Of a DNA stretch of 64,000 nucleotides, positions 51,038 through 58,827 are shown in pieces. The notes beneath the pieces were generated by a model. It was not told the DNA's origin. It saw only the letters and a program-made list of their open reading frames with translations, and searched no databases. Position 1 is the first letter of the stretch. Each line of letters begins with the position of its first letter. Source of the DNA: an archaeon. Its GTDB lineage: Archaea; Nanobdellota; Nanobdellia; Woesearchaeales; UBA9642. The translations under genes and the position numbers were made by a program. The stretch covers positions 32,001 through 96,000 of the forward strand of contig JAGVGF010000004.1 in NCBI GenBank assembly GCA_020057295.1. The letters run 5' to 3'.

Positions 51038-51475
51038 ATGAGCAAGAAGAGTTCAGGATTAGGCGCGGCAAAAAAATTAGCAAAGAGACGTGCAACATTT
51101 AGATGGAATGATAAATGGTTTGTTAAGAGAGTAACACACTACAAAGAGAGATCAGATCCTTTAGAAGGAGCATCACAGGCATCAGGCATAGTTTTAGAAA
51201 AGACTCAAATCGAAGCTAAGCAGCCAAACTCTGCAATGAGAAAATGTGTAAGGGTACAATTAATCAAGAACGGTAAACAAGTTACTGCTTTTGCTCCAGG
51301 AGATGGTGCTATTAAGATGATTGATGAGCACGATGAAGTTGTTATCGAACAGATTGGTGGTAAAATGGGTAAGACCAAAGGAGACCTTTCTGGAATAAGA
51401 TGGCAAGTCATCAAGGTTAACAGTCAATCCTTAGATGCATTATTAAAAGGAAAGATAGAAAAGGCAAGAAAATAA
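51038..51475 (+). CDS. rps12: 30S ribosomal protein S12 (uS12)
   Basis: [22 protein letters not shown]. Confidence 0.98.
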   Translation: MSKKSSGLGAAKKLAKRRATFRWNDKWFVKRVTHYKERSDPLEGASQASGIVLEKTQIEAKQPNSAMRKCVRVQLIKNGKQVTAFAPGDGAIKMIDEHDEVVIEQIGGKMGKTKGDLSGIRWQVIKVNSQSLDALLKGKIEKARK

Positions 51476-51496
51476 ACTCTTTAATTTTTTATTTTT
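51470..51496 (+). terminator. T-rich terminator after uS12
   Basis: AAATAAACTCTTTAATTTTTTATTTTT. Confidence 0.55.
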
Positions 51497-51570
51497 ATTA
51501 TATTATTCTAAATCATTCTTGTTATTATTAAGTGGATACATTTTTAAATAAGCTCTTTCTAGTATTAGCT

Positions 51571-52128
51571 ATGTCGTCTATTAAAGAGAAACTTTTAGAA
51601 ACGCGTCCATCTTTTGATAGCCTGGATTTATCAAAAGTAACTGCTTGCAATGTTTATAATCCTATGGAAGTTCGTGGCAGAATTGCAGAAGCTTTTGTGC
51701 TTCAGTGGTTAACTCAAATGCAAGTAGAATTTATAAACTGTTTTTCTAATGTTGTTAATCATAAAAGATGGATTGCACATAATCATGGAGTGACTGTTTA
51801 TGATGGAGGAAACTCTATAAGAGAATTTGATTTTGTATTTTCACATGATTCAAATGTGTATGTTGCTGAAGTTAAATCATTGAAATTAAATGGGATAGAG
51901 CAAAAAATACCTCGTTCTTTAGACCTTGCGCAAGAACAATTTCAACAACCAGTGCATATGTTATTATTCTTTCCTCAATATACAAACAAGGTTGTTGATG
52001 CAAAAAATATTGAAGATAGACATCCTCAAGTAATATGTATTGATACAGGTTATAAGAGAAAAGGTTTAGAAAATGCTGTAAGCAGATTCTACGCCTCTAG
52101 ACATTATGCTTCAAGGTCTGTGTTATAA
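51571..52128 (+). CDS. PD-(D/E)XK restriction-endonuclease-like protein
   Basis: RGRIAE, REFDFVF, YVAEVKS motifs. Confidence 0.75.
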   Translation: MSSIKEKLLETRPSFDSLDLSKVTACNVYNPMEVRGRIAEAFVLQWLTQMQVEFINCFSNVVNHKRWIAHNHGVTVYDGGNSIREFDFVFSHDSNVYVAEVKSLKLNGIEQKIPRSLDLAQEQFQQPVHMLLFFPQYTNKVVDAKNIEDRHPQVICIDTGYKRKGLENAVSRFYASRHYASRSVL

Positions 52129-52199
52129 TATCTCTTGCCAAAATATCTCTTTCCCAAAATTTATAAATAGCCATTATTTTCTCGATTCTAGGTGATATT

Positions 52200-52883
52200 A
52201 TGGTTGCAAAGAAAGTTTCTAAAACAAACACATCTAAAATGGATGTAAAATCAAAAACAGATGCAAAGTTAAAGTCCGATGTTAAGACATCTAAAGATTC
52301 AAAGACTGCAAAGTCTGAGAAGAAAACTGTTAAGGTTGAAAAACCTTCAATGGTTGCTAACGGACATTTAGTATCAGTAGAATATGTTGGTACTCTAGAC
52401 TCGGGTGAAGAATTTGATAATAGCAAGAATCATGGTCCAATACAGTTTGTGGTTGGTTCAGGTCAAGTAATTAAGGGATTTGATACCGCTGTTCTTGGAA
52501 TGAAAGTTAATCAAAGTAAAAAATTCAATATCCCAAAAAATGAAGGTTATGGAGATATAAATCCAGAAATGGTTCAAGTAGTACCTTTGGAAAAAATTCC
52601 TGACCACATAAAATCACAATTAAAAGTCGGCGGATTTTTAGTAATGCAGGCGCCAACAGGTCAACAAATACCAGCAAAAGTCTTGAAGATGGATAAAAAA
52701 ACTGTTAGTCTAGATATGAATCATCCATTAGCTGGTAAAAATTTAACATTTAATATAAAAGTTGTAGATATCAATGTCGCGCCAGAAGCAGGAGACTGTT
52801 GTGGAGGCGGTTGCGGTGATGGTGATTGTGGTGATGACGGTTGCGGCGATGAATGCGCATGCGGACATGACCATAAAGGTTAA
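52200..52883 (+). CDS. slyD: SlyD-like FKBP peptidyl-prolyl isomerase with Cys/Asp/His tail
   Basis: VSVEYVGTLDSGEEFD, LDMNHPLAGKNLTF, tail DCCGGGCGDGDCGDDGCGDECACGHDH. Confidence 0.9.
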   Translation: MVAKKVSKTNTSKMDVKSKTDAKLKSDVKTSKDSKTAKSEKKTVKVEKPSMVANGHLVSVEYVGTLDSGEEFDNSKNHGPIQFVVGSGQVIKGFDTAVLGMKVNQSKKFNIPKNEGYGDINPEMVQVVPLEKIPDHIKSQLKVGGFLVMQAPTGQQIPAKVLKMDKKTVSLDMNHPLAGKNLTFNIKVVDINVAPEAGDCCGGGCGDGDCGDDGCGDECACGHDHKG

Positions 52884-52948
52884 ATTTTTTTATTTATTTC
52901 TTAAATTTTCAATATATTTATTTAAAACATAACACTGAGAGTATAACG

Positions 52949-53338
52949 ATGGCGCACTTAATAGCATGTTTAAGTTCTGGAAAGGGTACGTGGACTGAAT
53001 TAGGAAAAATAATAGATTCTAAATTATTTGATAAAATATACTTGATAACAAACGATTTTTTTAGTCAAACTTATACTATTCCAACAATTAACGGAGTAAA
53101 CATACAACTTGTCGTTCTAGATTTTAATAAAGCATCAGAAGATTTAGTACCAGAACTTTATGTTATTCTAAAGAAAAAATTTCTCGAAGATAAAATACAA
53201 GATTTAGACATAGCTGTAAATATAACTTCTGGAACTGGCAAAGAACATTCAGTCTTAATTTCTACATTAATGAAACTTGGCTATGGAATAAGATTGGTTA
53301 ATTTAGATAAACAAGGAAATATTCTAGAAATGATTTAA
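52949..53338 (+). CDS. Hypothetical protein, possibly a stand-alone CARF-like Rossmann fold
   Basis: LIACLSSGKG strand-loop; IAVNITSGTGKE resembles the CARF hDhTgG.K motif. Confidence 0.55.
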   Translation: MAHLIACLSSGKGTWTELGKIIDSKLFDKIYLITNDFFSQTYTIPTINGVNIQLVVLDFNKASEDLVPELYVILKKKFLEDKIQDLDIAVNITSGTGKEHSVLISTLMKLGYGIRLVNLDKQGNILEMI

Positions 53339-53373
53339 ATTAATTGTATAATTTGAATTATTAATTTTAAAGT

Positions 53374-53979
53374 TTATTTCTTTACGCTAATATACACTCT
53401 GTATCCGCGTTTCTTACAAAGTTCACCAACATTGCCAAAAACTTCAAGCATTATTTTTTTTAAACTCTCTCCGCCCTTATTATGTGGTGCAACTAGTTGG
53501 AATAGGCCATCTTTATTCAAGTGCTCTTTTGACTGTTTAATTATTTCTATACATACAGCTTTTCCTGCACTGAATGGAGGATTTGTTAATATTACGTCAA
53601 ATTTTTTGCTTTGCAATTCGGGATTACTAAAAATATCACTTTTGATTACCATACATTCTGCGTCGTTTTCATCACAATTCTGTCTACTTAATTTTATTGC
53701 ACGATCATTAATATCGCTCATTGTAACATTTAAGTGCGGATATTGTTTTTTTAATGCAATTCCCACTATTCCATAACCACATCCCATGTCTAATAGTTCA
53801 GCATCATTTTTTGGTATTTTAGAATTTTTTATTAACAATTCTGTACCAAAATCTATTTCCTTCAATGAAAATATTCCTGAACCAGAATTTACAATAATTT
53901 TTTGATCTAGAATGTCAACTTCAAATCGTTCTTTCCGAAATTCTGATTGCGGCCTTTCGGTAAAGTAGTGTTCGACCAT
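53374..53979 (-). CDS. RsmC/MTS-family small methyltransferase
   Basis: EHYF, GIFS...IDFGTELL, LDMGCGYG, TNPPF. Confidence 0.9.
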   Translation of the reverse strand: MVEHYFTERPQSEFRKERFEVDILDQKIIVNSGSGIFSLKEIDFGTELLIKNSKIPKNDAELLDMGCGYGIVGIALKKQYPHLNVTMSDINDRAIKLSRQNCDENDAECMVIKSDIFSNPELQSKKFDVILTNPPFSAGKAVCIEIIKQSKEHLNKDGLFQLVAPHNKGGESLKKIMLEVFGNVGELCKKRGYRVYISVKK

Positions 53980-53980
53980 T

Positions 53981-54688
53981 TTATTCCTGAATAATATTTA
54001 ATAATCTAAATGCAAATGCATCGGCAACTCTTATAGCTTCAGTAGCATTTTTAGATTCTAGAGTTATACAATTTCTATTTATACTAACCAAATTTTTATC
54101 ACTAATAACTTGATATATTATTAAATTATCATAAGATTCGTTCCCACAGTTAACAACTGCCACATCTTGACTAGTATTGGAACCATACATTGGTCTGCTT
54201 ATTGCTGACTTAACTCTCATATTATAAATATTATAACTATCGCCTAAAAGTCTAGCATATTCTACACCAGCCAATACTACTCTTGAAGAAGCATCAGGAT
54301 CAACAGTTATGTATACTGTACCATTCTTATAGAAACTAAATTCTTTAACACGATTAATGCTTTTAGCATCCACAGGGATATCTAGTATTTCAGTAGGATT
54401 ATTATAGAATGGTATGTTATATAATTGTTCCTTAATTAATTGTTGTGTCATCCATTTATTGCCTTCAAACTTTTCAAAAGTATAATTATTATATACCACA
54501 ATGTTTTTGTTGGTATTAGAATATTTGCCAAAAATTATTATTGCAGCTAGAATACCAATAACTATTGCAACAATCACGAGTATGGTTATTAAAGATTTTT
54601 TACTATCAACAGGTTTTGTATCACTATCACTAACATCCTCGTTAGTATGATGCATTTCATGTGTCTTATGATGTTCGTGTTCTGTCAT
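53981..54688 (-). CDS. Membrane-anchored hypothetical protein (paralog of 54732-55340)
   Basis: His-rich N-terminus, one TM, YNNYTF...FYNNP, two Cys. Confidence 0.75.
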   Translation of the reverse strand: MTEHEHHKTHEMHHTNEDVSDSDTKPVDSKKSLITILVIVAIVIGILAAIIIFGKYSNTNKNIVVYNNYTFEKFEGNKWMTQQLIKEQLYNIPFYNNPTEILDIPVDAKSINRVKEFSFYKNGTVYITVDPDASSRVVLAGVEYARLLGDSYNIYNMRVKSAISRPMYGSNTSQDVAVVNCGNESYDNLIIYQVISDKNLVSINRNCITLESKNATEAIRVADAFAFRLLNIIQE

Positions 54689-54731
54689 AATATCTCCTCG
54701 AATTGTGTTATAAAAATATAAAACGTATGGT

Positions 54732-55340
54732 TTAAGACATTATACCATAGTATGTGTACACAAATCTATCTTTTAATGCTAGCAATTCTTTTAATTTACC
54801 GTTCATTATAATACAGTCAGGATATTCTTGAGAAACATTAAAATTAGTTGTTGATGAAGAGTTAATTAGTATGAAAGGCATGTAGAAACTAGAGTTTCTA
54901 CAATCAACAACAGGCAAAGTATATTTTGTTGAATTTTTTGTAATTCCAAAATATACTGGTTTATCAATTTGTGATTGTAATTCGTAACGCATAACATCAA
55001 TATATACAAGATTATCAGTAACATTATCTTCAGGATCAAATACAAATACTACTCCTTGACTAGCCTTGATTTTAGCCATAATATTTGGATCTAATGATAT
55101 TCTTTCTAAATCTCCAGGATAATAATAGAAGTCAATGTACTTACCGTTTATTTGAGTTTTATATCCATTATCTGTTATAGTAAATTTTTTTCCATTATAA
55201 GTTGGACTATTATCAGATTGTCCTGTATCTAAAACTACAAAAGCGAATATACTAGCAACCATCAAGAACGCTATAATTATTGTCATTATGACGCTTATTT
55301 TTTTCTTACGTCGTTCGTATGCATCAAGTTTTCTCATCAT
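54732..55340 (-). CDS. Membrane-anchored hypothetical protein (paralog of 53981-54688)
   Basis: One TM, YNGKKF...FYYYP, two Cys. Confidence 0.75.
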   Translation of the reverse strand: MMRKLDAYERRKKKISVIMTIIIAFLMVASIFAFVVLDTGQSDNSPTYNGKKFTITDNGYKTQINGKYIDFYYYPGDLERISLDPNIMAKIKASQGVVFVFDPEDNVTDNLVYIDVMRYELQSQIDKPVYFGITKNSTKYTLPVVDCRNSSFYMPFILINSSSTTNFNVSQEYPDCIIMNGKLKELLALKDRFVYTYYGIMS

Positions 55341-55382
55341 TACACCTATTATTATATATTAAATTATTTTAAATCAAGAAGT

Positions 55383-55652
55383 TTATAATACATCTTCTAT
55401 TGGTTTCTTCTTACCAGGATTTTGTGAGGAGGTTTGCTTCATTTGTTCTACTTCCTTCTGCAAGTCTACGCCCAATTCGTTAAGTGCTGCAACGTGCATC
55501 TGCATTAATTGTTCAACAATAGATAACATTCTAGCTAACTCTTGTCGTTCTTTAGCTAAAGTAGACAATGCTCCTTTATGAAATCCGATTTGTTCATCCT
55601 TAGAAACATTCTTTGAAACCTTTTTAGTATCTTTCTTATCATTCTTAACCAT
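55383..55652 (-). CDS. Small coiled-coil hypothetical protein
   Basis: GGTGA RBS; EQIGFHKGALSTL.KER.EL. Confidence 0.75.
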   Translation of the reverse strand: MVKNDKKDTKKVSKNVSKDEQIGFHKGALSTLAKERQELARMLSIVEQLMQMHVAALNELGVDLQKEVEQMKQTSSQNPGKKKPIEDVL

Positions 55653-55806
55653 ATCATATCACCAATAAGATGAATAAGTGCACACTTTATATATTTTTCC
55701 CTAACTTCAAGATAAACCTTTATAAACCCTCCTCTTATACTATAGCATAGCCAAAAAGGCATATTAGACATAAAAAAGTCTGAAACAGAATATAAAAAAG
55801 GATAAA

Positions 55807-56406
55807 ATGGCATATAATATTACTAATAATAGCGGAGTATTATTTAATGAGGCAAATATTGCCTTATCAATAATTAACCCAATAATAATTAAGGTTATAA
55901 CAGCGATACTTATATTCTTAATAGGATTTGTTATAGGAAAGATTGTTCAGAGGTTGATAATTAAATTTTTTGAAATAAGTGATTTGGATAAATTATTCAA
56001 GAAAAAGATAGGATTAAAATTTTCTGTATCAAAAGTTACAGCAGCAATAATATCTTATTTTATATATATTATATCTATAGTAATGGCATTAAATAAGTTA
56101 GAAATAGCAACCACAATAGTAACAACCATAGTTATTGTGCTTGTAATAATACTTATATTATTTGTAATATTTGGTCTTAACGATGTTTTTGCGAATTTAC
56201 TAGCAGGATTTATGGTGAAGTTTAAGAAAAATATTAAGGCAGGAGATTATATAAGAATTAGTGATAAACGTATAGAAGGATATATTGTCAGTATGAACCT
56301 ATTAAATATTCGTCTGGAAACAAAGAAAGATGAAATGGTATTTATCCCGAATATGATATTATTCAAATCAGAAATAGTAAAACCCAAAAAAATTCCGAAA
56401 CATTAA
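55807..56406 (+). CDS. Small MscS-family mechanosensitive channel-like protein
   Basis: TM helices, ANLLAG, IKAGDYI.I...EG.I, FIPN. Confidence 0.8.
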   Translation: MAYNITNNSGVLFNEANIALSIINPIIIKVITAILIFLIGFVIGKIVQRLIIKFFEISDLDKLFKKKIGLKFSVSKVTAAIISYFIYIISIVMALNKLEIATTIVTTIVIVLVIILILFVIFGLNDVFANLLAGFMVKFKKNIKAGDYIRISDKRIEGYIVSMNLLNIRLETKKDEMVFIPNMILFKSEIVKPKKIPKH

Positions 56407-56433
56407 AACTGTTCTATTTTTAAAAACATATTT

Positions 56434-56706
56434 TTATTGACTATTTAGTTTTTCTAACATGCTAGAAATAGTATATATTTGCGTTCTAATGAATGATGGA
56501 AGGTTTAAATCTTCAGAAACTTCATCAAGATTATGTAATGATTTACTTACCTTTGTGGAAACATCAGTGTCTTCTTTAAGATCAGAAATGATTATTTCAA
56601 TCTTAATTTTAACGTTCTTTGGAACGCCATCATCATCTTTTAATGAATTCAACGCATGAATAATTTCATCGCACTCTTGTCTCAAAATTTCTTTATCTTT
56701 AATCAT
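56434..56706 (-). CDS. UPF0147 family protein
   Basis: D.GVPKNV, LDEVSEDLNLP...RTQI..I.S.LE. Confidence 0.88.
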   Translation of the reverse strand: MIKDKEILRQECDEIIHALNSLKDDDGVPKNVKIKIEIIISDLKEDTDVSTKVSKSLHNLDEVSEDLNLPSFIRTQIYTISSMLEKLNSQ

Positions 56707-56714
56707 TTTATGCT

Positions 56715-57074
56715 CTATTTACTTGTAGTCTTAGTTTTCTTATCGCTGTTTTTGTTTTCTAAAGTTTTCATAACTTCTTGTTGTATCTCTTCAGCCTTAA
56801 CGCGCATTTTATCTTCTTGTTTTTCTATAGTGCTAATCCTAATAGTTAACATCTCTTTTTTTTCTTCTAACTCTTTCTTTAATTTGTCTCTATCTGTTAA
56901 CACCATTATATTTCCTATAATCTTATAACTTTGAGTAGTAGTATTTAATTCACTTAATGCAGTCTCTATCTCTGTCTGTTGTATCTGAAACTGTTGTCTC
57001 TGATTAGAAAAATTCTCAAGATTCTGTTGTATTAATTGTATCTGTCCTATTTTTTCTTGCATTTGTTCATCCAT
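56715..57074 (-). CDS. pfdB: Prefoldin beta subunit
   Basis: Coiled coil with ALSEL...YKIIGNIMV hairpin. Confidence 0.92.
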   Translation of the reverse strand: MDEQMQEKIGQIQLIQQNLENFSNQRQQFQIQQTEIETALSELNTTTQSYKIIGNIMVLTDRDKLKKELEEKKEMLTIRISTIEKQEDKMRVKAEEIQQEVMKTLENKNSDKKTKTTSK

Positions 57075-57075
57075 T

Positions 57076-57303
57076 TTAATTACCCTTTAATGCCTTAGTT
57101 TTTTCCCAAACCAGTAATACCTTTGTTATAGTATTAAATGCCGTTTTCAATGCTGTAGCGTCTTGTGCTTCAATATTAAAAATTAGGGTTTTCTTATCCT
57201 TCTTAATAGTATATGTTGCCCTATTCAACGTCCTATCTTCAGGTATAAACAACTTCTCTATCTGATCCAAATCTTCAGTTACATTTATTGTTGACTGATA
57301 CAT
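57076..57303 (-). CDS. pcc1: KEOPS complex subunit Pcc1
   Basis: PE...R, IEAQDATALKTAFN; canonical position after rpoP. Confidence 0.85.
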   Translation of the reverse strand: MYQSTINVTEDLDQIEKLFIPEDRTLNRATYTIKKDKKTLIFNIEAQDATALKTAFNTITKVLLVWEKTKALKGN

Positions 57304-57304
57304 T

Positions 57305-57442
57305 TTATCTGGCTTTAACCTTTGTTATTGACGTTCTTGGCTTAAATATTAGTCTAGAACCACAATATGGACACCTAACTTTCTTCTTAATATATGTGTC
57401 AGCAACTGTCTTGCTGCATGAGAAACATTTGTAATCAACCAT
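57305..57442 (-). CDS. rpoP: RNA polymerase subunit P (Rpo12)
   Basis: Not in ORF track. Manual translation MVDYKCFSCSKTVADTYIKKKVRCPYCGSRLIFKPRTSITKVKAR; GAGGT RBS. Confidence 0.93.
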   Translation of the reverse strand: MVDYKCFSCSKTVADTYIKKKVRCPYCGSRLIFKPRTSITKVKAR

Positions 57443-57449
57443 TTTAACC

Positions 57450-57695
57450 TCACTCTACGGATCTTATAGCAGGCACTTTTGATACAGTGTATGCTCTACT
57501 AGTAAACTTTGCCTTACATTTATCACATTGCCATATACCTGTCGATATTCTACCAACTTTTGGAAACGCGCAGTATGGACATTTATGCTTCTTTTTTTGT
57601 TCAACTTCTATTAATGCAACCTTTTCTCTATTTCTACGCCCATATCTTGTACCGTATCGTCCAACGGCTTTATAGTGTTTCATTGACTCTGCCAT
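57450..57695 (-). CDS. rpl37ae: 50S ribosomal protein L37Ae (eL43)
   Basis: GRYGTRYG, CPYC...GIWQCDKC. Confidence 0.95.
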   Translation of the reverse strand: MAESMKHYKAVGRYGTRYGRRNREKVALIEVEQKKKHKCPYCAFPKVGRISTGIWQCDKCKAKFTSRAYTVSKVPAIRSVE

Positions 57696-57779
57696 CTTAA
57701 ACCTCACATGTAATATTAAAAGGATTAAAGAGGGATTTATAAAGGTTATTGTGTGATACGCTTATAGAATTAGGTTTTT

Positions 57780-58244
57780 TTAAGTTCTAAAATAAGGACC
57801 GTTAGTTGAGGAGTGAACTCTGTTATTATATTTCATATTCTGTGATTTTAATCTAGTCATTAACTTATTTGCATACTCTTTTTCATGAATTCTCCAAGAT
57901 TCATGACCTTCTCTAAGAGTTAAAGGATGATTATCTGGAGAGTTACCTGGTGGTATGATTGTTCTGCTGGTTCTAAAATTTGTCTGAACTTGGCCTGTGG
58001 TTTGCTGATTGGTTGGTATATTGTTTTGAAATGTGTAACTTGTAGTGTTTAAGAATAAATCGAATATGTGTGGATTACTTTTTTCTGAATCTTCTGACGA
58101 GTTTTGATTTATATTGTCTTCTGACCAAGAATTTTTGTAGGGTTTTATATCTACTATTTCTGGTCCTGTTTTATTTTTAGCTTCTGCAGCTTGCGTGGTT
58201 CCTAATGCTAGTCCTGCGCATAGTGCTAGTTCTAATTTGTTCAT
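57780..58244 (-). CDS. Secreted low-complexity hypothetical protein
   Basis: Signal peptide MNKLELALCAGLALGTTQAAEA; N/Q/T/S-rich. Confidence 0.65.
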   Translation of the reverse strand: MNKLELALCAGLALGTTQAAEAKNKTGPEIVDIKPYKNSWSEDNINQNSSEDSEKSNPHIFDLFLNTTSYTFQNNIPTNQQTTGQVQTNFRTSRTIIPPGNSPDNHPLTLREGHESWRIHEKEYANKLMTRLKSQNMKYNNRVHSSTNGPYFRT

Positions 58245-58429
58245 AGTATTATTAGAACTAACTTATATATAAATGTTTCGTTTTTTAACTACTCTTAAGG
58301 GACAAAAATAAAAATGATTTTATTCTTTTTTAGATCCATTTCCCTTTAAGAAAGAAAAATTTCTAAAGAATTCATAATGAACATAATTTAATTCAGTTCT
58401 AGTTTCCATTACCATTGCGATATTTCTTT

Positions 58430-58765
58430 CTATCTATATTGCCTGTTTTCTGTCATATAAGTCATTCTTAAATTTTCGAGGTCGTTGTGTACATATTTTA
58501 ATAGATATTCATTATAACGCTGTAATGCTTCGTGACTTCCAAGCAATTCTCCTGCTCGTGCGCGTTGAGAAATATTTAATAATGTATCTATGTGTCTTCG
58601 CGCGGTTGGTGGTGTTGTTAGTAAGATTGTTATATCTGTAAATTCCTGTACTAACGCTTTCTTTACATCAGCATTTGTGACTTCTTTTCTTAGCAATCTG
58701 TTTCCGTCATGTTCTCCAAATACAAAATAGAAGAATATTTCCTGCAAATTTTGAACATGACTCAT
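58430..58765 (-). CDS. Hypothetical helical protein divergent from dnaG
   Basis: ATG at 58765; a TATTTAAATA box lies between it and dnaG. Confidence 0.6.
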   Translation of the reverse strand: MSHVQNLQEIFFYFVFGEHDGNRLLRKEVTNADVKKALVQEFTDITILLTTPPTARRHIDTLLNISQRARAGELLGSHEALQRYNEYLLKYVHNDLENLRMTYMTENRQYR

Positions 58766-58827
58766 GTTGTAAGAAAAGCAAAACCTATTTAAATATGTTA
58801 CCATTTTTGGATAGTAATGGGGGTCTT

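Noticed and set aside
52795-52870. Repeated GGT TGC GGY GAT DNA
   Set aside because: Explained by the Gly-Cys-Gly-Asp coding tail of SlyD
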